Positions 10,301-20,720 of a DNA stretch of 32,756 nt are shown here, in pieces (position 1 is the stretch's first letter; every line of letters starts with the position of its first letter). Source of the stretch: Catajapyx aquilonaris (lineage: Eukaryota). Position numbers and translations under genes: made by a program. The stretch lies in assembly GCA_000934665.2 (NCBI GenBank), contig JYFJ02004350.1:1-32756 (forward strand), written 5' to 3'. A model generated the notes under the pieces. The model was not told the DNA's origin. It was given only the letters and a program-made list of their open reading frames with translations, and did not search any database.

Positions 10301-10908
10301 AGAAACCATTTAGTTGTGAATTTTGTCAGAAAAAATTTGGTGAATCAAGTTATTTGAAAGCCCACATGAAAATTCACATGGGAGAAAAACCATTTACTTG
10401 TGAGGTGTGCCAGAAAAAGTTTCGCCAATCCTGTAAGTTGAAAGCCCACATGCGAATTCATACAGGAGACCAACCATACATTTGTGAGGTGTGCCAGAAA
10501 ATATTTATTGAATTAGGTCCTTTGAAAACTCACATGCGAATTCATACAGGAGAAAAACCTTTTAGTTGTGAGGTATGCCAGAAGGAGTATCGCCATTCAA
10601 ACAAGTTGAAAACCCACATGTCAATTCATACAGGCGAGAAACTCCATCACTGTGAGGTGTGCCAGAAACAGTTTATTACATCTTATTGTTTGAAAGTTCA
10701 CATGCGCCATCATACAGGAGAGAAGCCATTTCAATGTGAGGTGTGCCAAAAGAAGTTTAGTCAGTCACATAGTGTGAAGGCGCACATGCGAATTCACACA
10801 GGCGAAAAACCACTCGGTTGCAAAATATGCCATAAGGAATTTCGATATTCCACTCATATGAATAGACATATGCGAAGACATACGGATGAAAAACCTGTTC
10901 AGTTGTAG
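7395..10908 (+). CDS. C2H2 zinc-finger protein, unit 3: acidic domain + 9 fingers (367 aa); exons 7395-7664, 10075-10908
   Basis: acag|gaccATG; donor GGG|GTATGT at 7665; acceptor tttcAG|GAA at 10074; phase 0; 9 C2H2 repeats. The intron aligns with the unit 2 intron. Confidence 0.9.
7851..8122 (-). mobile_element. tRNA-derived SINE (family A) with 10-bp TSD
   Basis: Minus strand has A-box TGGTCTAGCGG, B-box GGTTCAAATCC and an A-rich tail. Flanked by TGTTTAGTCC at 7841-7850 and 8123-8132. Absent from the homologous site in the unit 2 intron (~3640-3650). Confidence 0.85.
8493..9126 (-). mobile_element. Non-autonomous Helitron
   Basis: On the minus strand it starts 5'-TC, carries a (TTTG)n-like microsatellite near the 5' end, and ends in an imperfect hairpin (ACCCGG-GCAACG-CCAGGT) followed by CTAG-3'. 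Inserted between A and T with no TSD; the empty site gaaa^taaa is present in the unit 2 intron (~3985-3991). Confidence 0.85.
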
Positions 10909-11337
10909 TAATATATTTTCTGAGAGACATGTGAAATGGCAGCCCATTGGAAAGACCATCTGTGCGTAACACCCACAAGCATCTGCTTTGTTGTAATTAT
11001 CTTTATGGAAAGAGTGTATGAAGACATTATTAGAAATGTACTGTACAATCATGTAAGATGCGAAATTGTCCATAAAGTCCGTTATGCTCATCTTGACTTA
11101 TTTCCTCCCCTTGTCCAATGTGAATGTCACTCAGCGTCATGATGGGGTACAGACTTCGCGGTGAGATACATGCACAGGAGGTGTCAGATAACATGATTTC
11201 CTTTCCACAATCCTTCCAAAAAACATGTAGTTTTTACTGGATCTCTTGAACCTTCCAAGCACCCCCTGCCCCCTGGGGTGTGCGGGCACCCCAGGTTAAG
11301 AACCGCAGCAGTAAGTAGTACATGTAGTGTAATATTA

Positions 11338-11564
11338 ATAGCGGATATCGCGAAGTAGCAGTGGTAGTAGCGGCGACTGCTGAGGTAGGAAAAGCGCTTA
11401 AACCCATCCTTCACGCTCAGGTGGCGATGGGAATGCACCTCAAAAGAAAAAAAAGAAACCGTTGAATTAAAGATGGCCGACCATGTCTGTCGGGAAGGCA
11501 GGAGGAGGGGTCGTGCGTCTTTAATTTCCTGACGATTTCAACGTGGATTCAAGCATATGGCAAG
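11338..11564 (+). promoter_or_regulatory. Unit 4 promoter cassette and putative non-coding exon 1
   Basis: GTAGCGGCGACT (11367), GGAAAAGCGCTTAA, GGTGGCGATGGGAATGCACC, AATTAAAGATGGCCGA (11465). Donor region CAAG|GTGGTAAC at ~11565. Confidence 0.65.
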
Positions 11565-12518
11565 GTGGTAACTTACGTGAGTGTGTTGAGAGTACGTTTG
11601 TGTCAGTACCATTGATGTCTGCCTTGTGAGTACTGTACCACAGGCTAAAGATATTCGTGGCGTTGCCAATTATTGTGTCAGGATTAACTAGGACTCGTTA
11701 AGGGTTTCCTGCTGCCTAACCGAGAAGGTTGGAATTCTTAAGTAAACGTATGCCAGGGTGGTGTACTATAATAGTTTGCAGAAGCACCACTGCTGAGACA
11801 CACAGCTCATCAACCCAGATGGCTATGTGATGCGGGACAATGACACTCTGGGCAAGCAGTGTGATTTCCAAACCCTGTGATCCTAAATGGGGCTGCGGTT
11901 CACTCCCTATTAGTGTAAAGTAGTAAACCTTTTTAGCCGTGGTAAAGCACATAGATGTTCTCTCTTCATTAGCCAGCTATTCTGCTTATTTATGAGAAGT
12001 ACTCCGTGAGCAGAATAGTCCAAACGTTTTCCAGAAGAAACACTACTAGTATATGGTAAATTGTAGTATTTTCATTAAACTGGATTTAAAGCAGCATACA
12101 CTATGTGCAGTAGCTTATTTAAGGCATTTGAAAGCTCATTTTTACTGTATCTAAGCCCATTATCAGATTATTCCTCTTTTCCGATTATCTGGGCACACCA
12201 AAGCATTGATTAGTACTGATAATCGGGAGTACAGTGTACATACACACACATTTACCAATGAGAATAAGTTGGAATAAGTGATATTAAGCAAGGGAAAAGT
12301 AGACACAAAAATATGCAAATGTGCAAAATCTGTAGTATTCAAATACGCTTCATCAAAATACATCATTCTGGTGTAGTTTCAGCCATTCAAAATATGGCCA
12401 CAATATGCGATGAACAGAAACAGAACAATGGTGGGCTGCATTTATGGCAATTTTGTATGCAAAATAAATTATTCCCTATTTCCCCCTAACATGAGCTGTT
12501 ACATTGTATGACAGGACC

Positions 12519-14124
12519 ATGGACCTGCCCCTGAGAGTCAAGAAAGAAGAAACGCTTGATGGAGAAGATGAGGACATCTCAGTGGATGAGGAGGCTTGGA
12601 GGCTGCGGTTGAAGGAGGAGACCCCTTCTTGCTCTGATGATGGCTCTATTCTTATAGAAGACACTCTTCGTGAGATCAAGAATGAGGAAGCAGAGGAGGA
12701 GGAGGAGGAGGAGATGGTGGTGGACATGACCAAGGAGGTTGATGATGCAGATGACCCTTTAGGTGTTGGTTCTGGAAGGATTAGTGGGGTATGTAACCTG
12801 CTGAGAATCTGAAGTAAAGGTACAGTAGGTTAAGGGGCCCAAATTTCGACACCCTTACGTTGTTTTCCTCTTGTTAGAAAATGGATTGAACGCAGCAATG
12901 TAAGGAAACTGAATGTTAATACATTGAGCATTCACCTACTAGGTCCCGTAATGAATTTAAAAAAAATATATATAGGAAAAAGCACAAAATTGAAAAGGCG
13001 AAAAACACACATTTTTTCAGTTTCAAAGAAAGTATTCCTAATTTCGTCCCCTGCGTTTTAATGGGGGGAGGGAGGATGGGCCGCATTTATTTTATGTTAT
13101 ACCCATGCTTATACTGTACCTTGTATGAGAGGGGTATTGTGTCCAGTACTATGTGGACGGTCAGGGACCTAAGTATTTTTGCCAAGATTTCCCAGGGGTT
13201 CACTAGTTGTAAATTCTAAGGTAACAAAAAATCAACTTCTCAAGTATGATCAATCTATTCAAAATTATTCAACTGTTTCAAGAACATTCAGATGTGAGGG
13301 TTTGCAAGGTTCAGTGTCCTGCTCATTCCTCCAGCACTGTTATTTTCCGTCATATGATGATCTCAGGCAGTCACACGGTCAGTATGTGGCAGAGTTCTAC
13401 AAATGCTAAAAGAGGCTTTGCTATAAGGAGTGCCTTCCAAATGACCAAAACACACGTGGAAATATGTACTACATCGACCCTATATAATTGTACAGTAATT
13501 GATATGCTGCAATTCAATTTTCAGGAAATGCAAGAGAAAGATCATCAAGTCAGTGTGAAGAAAGCTGTCCTGAAGAAAAAGATCACCGGAACCTGTGATA
13601 GAAGAAAGCCATTTCAGTGCGAAGTGTGCCAGAAACTGTTGACTACAGCACATAATTTGAAAGTTCACATGTTAATTCATGTATGTGAGAAACCATATAG
13701 TTGTGAGGTATGCCAGAAAAAATTCAGTGAAGCAACGAAGTTGAAAAAGCCCATGCGAATTCATACAGGCGAGAAACCATATAGTTGTGAGGTGTGCCAG
13801 GAAAAATTTCGTGAATCAGGTTCGTTGAAAAAGCACATGCATATTCATACAGGCATTAAATCATTTCAGTGTGAGGTGTGCCAGAAGAAGTCTCGTGATT
13901 CAAATGGTTTGAAGGTGCACATGCGAATTCACACAGGCGAGAAACCATTTAGTTGTGAGGTGTGCCATAAGAAGTTTCGTGAATCAAGTAATGTGAAAAA
14001 GCACATGCGAATTCACACAGGCGAGAAGCCATTTAGTTGTGAGGTGTGCCAGGAAAAGTTTCGGACAACATGGCACTTGGAAAAACACATGCGAATTCAT
14101 ACAGGAGAGAGACCATTTACATAA
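12519..14124 (+). CDS. C2H2 zinc-finger protein, unit 4: acidic domain + 6 fingers, one degenerate (289 aa); exons 12519-12788, 13525-14124
   Basis: acag|gaccATG; donor GGG|GTATGT at 12789; acceptor tttcAG|GAA at 13524; phase 0. Finger 2 has His->Pro (LKKPMRIH); the stop follows a TGERPFT linker. Confidence 0.87.
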
Positions 14125-14468
14125 TTATGGGAAGACATGCAGGTGAAAGCCCTGTTCAGGTGTAATTTCCTTTCTGAAAGAAAGTGAAATGGGAGCCCAT
14201 TGGAAAGACCATCTGTGCATAACACCCTGAAGCATCTGCTTTGTTGTAATTATCTTTACAGAAAGAGCGTACGAAGACATGATTAGAAATGTGCATGGAC
14301 GATCGACGATGTGAAGTGGTCAGTAAAGTTATGTTATGCTCACCTTATTTATTTACTCCCTCTGCCCAATACGAATGTCACTCCTAGTGAGGAAACCACC
14401 ACACTTTAAAAATCTACCCACTGATGCCAAGTGACCAGTACAACAGACCTACTAGACCTGTAGAGTAA

Positions 14469-14713
14469 CGGCTAGCGAATATTCACATAGTAGCAGTGTT
14501 AGTAGCGGCGACTGGCGAGTAAGGAATAGCGCTTAAACCCATCCTTCATTCTCAGGTGGCGATGGGAATGCACCCACAAAAAAAAAGAAAAAGAAAAAAG
14601 CCGTTGAATCAAAGATGGCCGACCACGTCTCTTGTGAATAGACACGAGGAGGAGGAGGGTCCTGTGGCTTTAATTTCCTGACGATTTCAACTTGGATTGG
14701 AGCATATAGCAAG
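14469..14713 (+). promoter_or_regulatory. Unit 5 promoter cassette and putative non-coding exon 1
   Basis: GTAGCGGCGACT (14502), GGAATAGCGCTTAA, GGTGGCGATGGGAATGCACC, AATCAAAGATGGCCGA (14607). Donor CAAG|GTGGGC at 14714, acceptor TTGCAG ending 14827. Confidence 0.7.
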
Positions 14714-14831
14714 GTGGGCAATTGGTTGACCTTTGGATATGTGTAGGAGGACAAGTAGATGACACATGGGTTACACTCACGTGCTACAATGACATGATCG
14801 CATGACCTCCACTCTTTGTGTTTGCAGGGCC

Positions 14832-15904
14832 ATGTCTTTGATCCTGAGGATAAAGAGGGAGGAAGAGGCGGAGGAGGACATCACAGTGGATGAGGAGAGT
14901 TGGAGGCTAAGGTTGAAGGAGACCGCTCCTTCCTTTGAGGGTGGCTCCACTTTAATGGAAGACTCACTCTGTGAGATCAAGAAAGAGGAAGTGGAGGAGG
15001 AAGGACAAGATGAGGGTATCACAACAGAGGAGACTTGGAGGTTGCGGTTGAAGGAGGAGACCCCTTCTTGCTTTGATGGTGGCTCCACTCTCATAGAAGA
15101 CACCCTTCGTGAGATCAAGGAGGAGGAAGTGGCGGAGGAGATGATGGTGGCCATATCTGAGGAGGTTGGAGATGAAGATGACCCTTTGGGAGTTGGTTCA
15201 GGAAGGAGTAGTGGGGTATGTGAGCTGCTGAAAATCTGACGTAATCTTACAGCATATTGACGCCGGGGGGGGGAAATGCCCTGCTCGTTGCTCCAACACA
15301 ACCATGCTGTTATTTTCTGTCATATGAAGATCTCAGGCATTTACACTGTGGGATGTCTGTGAGCTAGAAATGTTACTAGAGACATTGATAAGAGGTCCCG
15401 TCCAAATGACCAAAAGACATGTGGAAATCTTTACGGCATCCACCCTGAATAATGGAAATTGATATGCTGCAATTCACTTTTCAGGAGGTGCAAGAGGAAT
15501 GTGACGAAGTTTGTGTGACAAGGAAAGGAGTCCGGAAGAAAAAGATCACTACACGTCCTGATGGAAGCAAGCGATTTGATTGCCAGGTCTGCCAGAAGTC
15601 ACTTGCCACCAGATATGGTTTGGAACTTCACATGCGAAACCATACTGGAGAGAAGCCCTTTTCCTGCCATATCTGCGAGGAGAAATTTACATTGATACGC
15701 CAATTGGAAAGCCACATGCGAAATCACACTGTAGAGAGACCATATTCATGTCAGGTCTGCCAGAAAAACTTTTTTGCATCACCTGACTTGAAATGTCACA
15801 TGCGAACTCATGAAAGAAAAAATGCGTTGCAATGTGAGGTGTGCCAGAGAAAGTTCCATTTTGCAGGTCCTTTAAAACGTCACATGAGAATTCACTTACA
15901 ATGA
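14832..15904 (+). CDS. C2H2 zinc-finger protein, unit 5: duplicated acidic module + 4 fingers (267 aa); exons 14832-15215, 15485-15904
   Basis: gcag|ggccATG; donor GGG|GTATGT at 15216; acceptor tttcAG|GAG at 15484; phase 0; 4 C2H2 repeats. Confidence 0.88.
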
Positions 15905-16073
15905 GCCCATATTCATGTGAACTGTGCCAGAAAAGTGTAAAATGACCGCTCACTGGAAAGATCATCTGAGCATGCACCCAGATGGATCTGCTTTGTTATA
16001 ATAATTATTACATAAACAGTGCGTAATGATATGGTTAGAAATGTAGCCTATATACGAGTATATGAATGATGCA

Positions 16074-16398
16074 GGGGAGGCGGAGTGGCGCTGCGGTAAC
16101 GTATGCGCCCACGGATGTTGAGGTCCCGGGTTCGATCCCAACCCGGGGACACCCCCTTCATCTCGTGCAGAGTTCAGGGTCACCTCTGGCTTCGTCTCGG
16201 GTGGTATTTCCTACAGACTAAACCACCCGGGGGAGTTCACTAAAAATGGCCACAGCGTCAGATGCACTGCACCTTGCACATCCCCTCCTGTCATCCTGCC
16301 CGTGGGCCCGGGAATTTGAAATGAACAGGCTCCATGTACCATCAAATAAAGGTCTGTGTGATATTCCCCGAGGTGGGGGCGAAAGCACATTACCCCAG

Positions 16399-16470
<72 letters not shown>
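16074..16470 (+). mobile_element. tRNA-derived SINE (family B) with (TTA)n tail and 15-bp TSD
   Basis: A-box-like TGGCGCTGCGGT (16086), B-box GGTTCGATCCC (16129), (TTA)n at ~16400-16470. Perfect direct repeats TATATGAATGATGCA at 16059-16073 and 16471-16485. Confidence 0.92.

Positions 16471-16473
<3 letters not shown>
16400..16473. repeat. (TTA)n microsatellite (SINE tail)
   Basis: Uninterrupted tta repeats over ~70 bp. Confidence 0.95.
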
Positions 16474-16475
<2 letters not shown>

Positions 16476-16684
16476 GAATGATGCACAGAAGTCTATAGTA
16501 TGGTATATGCTCCCCAGCGTTTTTTTTCCCTCTCCCTCTGCCCACCATGCATAACTGTCAGACAACATGCTTTCCTTGCCAGAATTATCCCAAAAAACCT
16601 TCTAGTTCTTGCTGGAAAGCTGTGACATCCTCTCTGCAAATGGTGGAAATAAATGTGGAGGTAAGAGTTAGTGTAATAATCTTA

Positions 16685-16929
16685 TGTAATGGCTAGCTGC
16701 TGTCGCTGAGCAGGACAAGTAGCGGCGACTCCTATGGTAGGAATAGCGCTTAAACACGTCCTTCACGCTTAGGTGGCGATAGGAATGCACCTCAAAAGAA
16801 AAAATAAATAAAATAAAAAAACACTCTAATCAAAGATGGCCGACCATGTCTCTTGTGAAGACACGAGGAGGAGGGTCCTGCGGCTTTAATTTCCTGACGA
16901 TTTCAACTTGGATTCAAGCATATGGCAAG
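16685..16929 (+). promoter_or_regulatory. Unit 6 promoter cassette and putative non-coding exon 1
   Basis: GTAGCGGCGACT (16719), GGAATAGCGCTTAA, GGTGGCGATAGGAATGCACC, AATCAAAGATGGCCGA (16828). Donor CAAG|GTGGGC at 16930, acceptor TTGCAG ending 17051. Confidence 0.7.
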
Positions 16930-17054
16930 GTGGGCAATTGGTTGACCTTTGGATATGTGTAGAAGGACAAGTAGATGACACATGGGTTGCACTCACATGC
17001 TATTTATTGTTAGTGACATGATCCCATGACCTCCACTCTTTGTGTTTGCAGGAC

Positions 17055-18276
17055 ATGTCTTTGATCCTGAGGATAAAGAAGGAGGAAGAGGAGGACATCA
17101 CAGTGGATGAGGAGACGTGGAGGCTGCCCTTGAAGGAGGAGACCCCTTCTTGCTTTGATGGTGGCTCCACTCTCATAAAGAAGGAGGAGGCAGAGGAGGA
17201 CGTCACAACGGAAGAGACCTGGCAGTTGCCTTTGAATGAGGAGACCCCTTCTTGCTTTGATGATGGTGGCTCTACTCTCATAGAAGACACGCTTTGTGAG
17301 GTCAAGAAGGAGGAAGTGGAGGAGGAGAAGATGGTGGTGGCCATCCCTAGGGTCCGGGTGGTTGGAGATGAGGACGACCCTTTAGGAGTTGGTTCAGGAA
17401 GGATTAGTGGGGTATGTCATCTGTTGAAAATCTGACATAATCCTACAGCACATTTAAACCTTGTTGTACTTCCCCTATTGGCATGTGCGGTATGGTATCT
17501 ATATATTGCTATTCTGCTCCTACACAGAAACAGCTATGTCCATCCGTGTGCATAGGAATGATCCTTTCCACTTGTCAGTAATTGGTCGGCGGTTGCCTTT
17601 TGTGCAACCGGCTTCAGGTGCTTTGCTTTATACTGTACTTTCAATTATGTTCATTTTAATTATTGTTGTAGCATGGAGAATTTTGGAACTGTTCAAACTA
17701 TTTCTTTGATATTATGGACAACCCGGGGTATGGGTACCTTCCAAATGATCGAAAGACATGTGGAAATCGTTGTGTCATCCACCCTGAATAATGGTCATTG
17801 ATATGATGCAATTCCCTTTTCAGGCAGTGCAAGAGAAAGGTCATCAAGTCAGTGTGAAGAAAGCAGTCCAGAAGAAAAAGATCTGTACACCTCGTGATAC
17901 AAAGACGCGATTTGACTGCCAAGTGTGCCATAAATCACTTGGCACCAGAACTGGTTTGGTTATGCACATGCGTAACCATAGAGGAGAGAAGCCCTTTTCC
18001 TGCCAATGCTGCGAGAGGAAATTTATTGTGAGAAGTCATTTGAAAAGTCACATGAGAGTGCACACGACAGAGAGACCATATTCATGTCACATGTGCCAGA
18101 AAAGGTTTTTTGCATCACATGAGTTGAAAATTCATATGCGAAGTCATACTGAAAAGAGAAAGTGCGGGGTGTGCCAGAAAGAGTTTCACAAAGAGTATGC
18201 ATTGGAATATCACAAACGAAGTCACACACAACCGATTAATTCATCATTGAATTCATTCATTAAAATACTAAAATAA
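17055..18276 (+). CDS. C2H2 zinc-finger protein, unit 6: partly duplicated acidic module + 4 fingers (269 aa); exons 17055-17411, 17824-18276
   Basis: gcag|gacATG; donor GGG|GTATGT at 17412; acceptor tttcAG|GCA at 17823; phase 0; 4 C2H2 repeats. Confidence 0.88.
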
Positions 18277-18323
18277 ACCTCCCAGTGTTATGTGTGCCAG
18301 AAAGAATTTTATTTTACAGGTCA

Positions 18324-18564
18324 TGTAATGACTAGCGGCTATCGCTGAGCTGGACAAGTAGCGGCGACTCTTGGCGTGGCAATCGCGCTTAGACGCATCC
18401 TTCTCTCTCAGGTGGCGATGGGAATGCACCCACAAATGAATGGGAAGAAAAAAAAGAAAAAGAAATCAAAGATGGCCGAAGAAGAACTTCTGTTGTGAAG
18501 ACACGAGGAGGGTCCTGCGACTTTAACTTCCCGAAGATTTCAACTTGGATTCAGGCATAGCAAG
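18324..18564 (+). promoter_or_regulatory. Unit 7 promoter cassette and putative non-coding exon 1
   Basis: Nearly identical to unit 1 (811-1064): TAGCGGCTATC, GTAGCGGCGACT (18358), GGTGGCGATGGGAATGCACC, AATCAAAGATGGCCGA (18464). Donor at 18565, acceptor ending 18672. Confidence 0.7.
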
Positions 18565-18676
18565 GTGGGCACTACTTGGTTGACCTTTGCCCGCCACACC
18601 ACAGAGAAAATGTTCCTCCTGTGCAGCTGATTTGTGTGCTGCTTCATGTGCTGATGTTGTGGTGCATTGCAGGGCC

Positions 18677-19508
18677 ATGTCGTGGGTCCTGAGGGTCAAG
18701 AAGGAGGAAGGGCTGGAAGAAGATGAGGAGGTGGCAGTGGAGGAGATGGCGCAGGTGCACGTGAAAGAGGAGATCCTACTGCCCTTTGAAACTGACGAGA
18801 CAATGGCTGTCACACCCGTGGAGGTCAAAGAGGAGCCACCGGAGGAGGAGGAGATGGTGGCCGTGCCTGGTGCTGTTGAAGAGGGAGGTGACCCTTTGGC
18901 CGGAGGTTCTGGAAGTACTAGTGGGGTATGTCGTCTGCTGAACATCTGATATAACGTTACAGGATATGTACATCATGCTGTACTGTACAGCACCTTTCAA
19001 GTGACCAAACGAAATGTGGAAATTTTTACAGCATCCACCCTGAATGATTGAGGTTGATGTGCTGAAATTCACTTTTCAGGCATTGCAAGTGAAAGGTCAT
19101 CATGTCAGTATGAAGAAAGCGGTCAAGAAGAAAAAGATCACTAGGCCTCGTGATGGAAGCCAGCGGTTTGACTGCCAAGTGTGCCAGAAATCACTTGGCA
19201 CCAAAGGTGGTTTGGAACTTCACATGCGAAACCATACGGGAGAGAAGCCCTTTTCCTGCCAATTCTGCGAGAAGAAATTTATTGTGAGAAATCATTTGAA
19301 TAGCCACATGAGAAATCACACTTCAGAAAGACCACATTCTTGTCATATGTGCCAGAAAAAGTATTTTACGTCGCATGAGTTGAAAATTCACATACGAACT
19401 CATTCAAGAAAAAAAACATTTCAATGTGATGTGTGCCAGAAGGAGTTTCAAAAAGAGTATGCATTGGAATATCACAGGCGAATTCATATGCAACCTATTC
19501 ATAATTGA
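18677..19508 (+). CDS. C2H2 zinc-finger protein, unit 7: acidic domain + 4 fingers (225 aa); exons 18677-18925, 19080-19508
   Basis: gcag|ggccATG; donor GGG|GTATGT at 18926; acceptor tttcAG|GCA at 19079; 154-bp phase-0 intron; 4 C2H2 repeats. Confidence 0.9.
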
Positions 19509-19924
19509 ATTCATAATCGATTTCATTCATTGGCAATAACCGCCCAACATAGGGTCAGGGTGAGCCATAAAGAATTTTATTGTACGTCTATCATATTAAA
19601 ATCCTTGCGGTGTTTGACCGAGGCCTCTGATTGGTACGCCCCCATATTGTTGCCACCACCGCTTCCTATTGGCCCCCAATCCACTGTGACTGTGACGTAT
19701 TGTTATCATGACGCCTCCGATTGGCCCCAGTTCCGAGCATGCACAATAATGGGTGGAAGAACGCCACATCCAGTAGCTTGCTGGACGTCAACGAGCACAC
19801 ATCTTACCTGTGGACTCCCCTCTACCCTTCCACCTTCTCCACCCACGTCGTCATGGTGACCGGACAACAGTGAGGAAGGATTAGTCGAATGCAACGTTGT
19901 AAACAAACTGGAGGGAGGTCAATT

Positions 19925-20344
19925 CAGTAAACGGTTTCCCTCCAGAGAGGAGCCATTTAGTAAATGGGTTCCCTCCGGAGAGGAGCCATTCTAGTGTATG
20001 GTTTCCCTCCAGAGAGGAGCCATTTTAGTATATGGTTTTCCTTCGGAGAGACACCATACACTATATGGGTTTCCCTCCGGAGGGAAACACTTTTACTAAA
20101 TGGCTCCTCTCCGTCGGAGTACATGGTTTTTCTCCAGAGAGGAGCCATTTCAGTAATGAGTTTCTCTTGGGAGAGACCGGGGAGAGACGCCCTCTCCGGA
20201 GAGAAAGCCATACACTGGAAGTGCGTCTCTCCGGAGGGAAACTAATTTACTGGATTGGCTCCTCTCCGGAGGGAAAACCATGTACTCTGAAGGATAGGCG
20301 CAATTTCAGTAAATGGGTCCCCTCCGGAGGGAAACCGTTTACCG
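19925..20344. mobile_element. Foldback/MITE-like element with ~40-bp TIRs, built from ~33-bp palindromic subrepeats
   Basis: Left end CAGTAAACGGTTTCCCTCCAGAGAGGAGCCATTTAGTAAA matches the reverse complement of the right end at 34/40 positions. About 11 internal copies of GGTTTCCCTCCGGAGAGGAGCC-like units in both orientations. No TSD found. Confidence 0.7.
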
Positions 20345-20720
20345 TTTTTTAAATATTTGCGGCGTTTTGAAGCGGAATTGAGTTTAGCTGTAAATGGTAG
20401 GAATGCACTTCACGACGGTGGGGATCTGTGTTCAAAATTGGGAAACTCTACCTCTTGCTCTACCTACAGCAGAACTTGAGTTAGAAGGAAGAAAAAAAAG
20501 TAGCAACAACAAGATGTTGGATCATTGTTGAAATCTATGCTATGGTATTACTTAGGGGCTGCCACCCCTAATATATAATTATTTTTGTCGCAAACAATTC
20601 GGTCTCGTGTCATTTAAAATATTCCATCCTGATTCAGAAACCTTTTCAGTTTGGGATGTGCGAGCCGAAATATAATTTATGACAAGTCATTTACAAACCC
20701 ACATTAAAACTCATATTGCA

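Noticed and set aside
11245..11310. Possible hAT-like MITE end (ccccaggttaagaaccgc)
   Set aside because: Short fragment with no partner TIR or TSD.
16074..16150. tRNA genes (also ~8050-8122, ~25935-26000, ~26900-26969)
   Set aside because: A/B boxes are present, but I could not fold convincing cloverleafs. They continue into SINE bodies, some with tails and TSDs.
16211..16554. Poly-Asn and poly-Tyr ORFs
   Set aside because: Translations of the (TTA)n SINE tail.
19925..20344. CRISPR-like array of palindromic repeats, and the ORFs overlapping it
   Set aside because: Eukaryotic context, degenerate repeats in both orientations, linkers of only ~10 bp, no cas genes, and enclosing TIRs.
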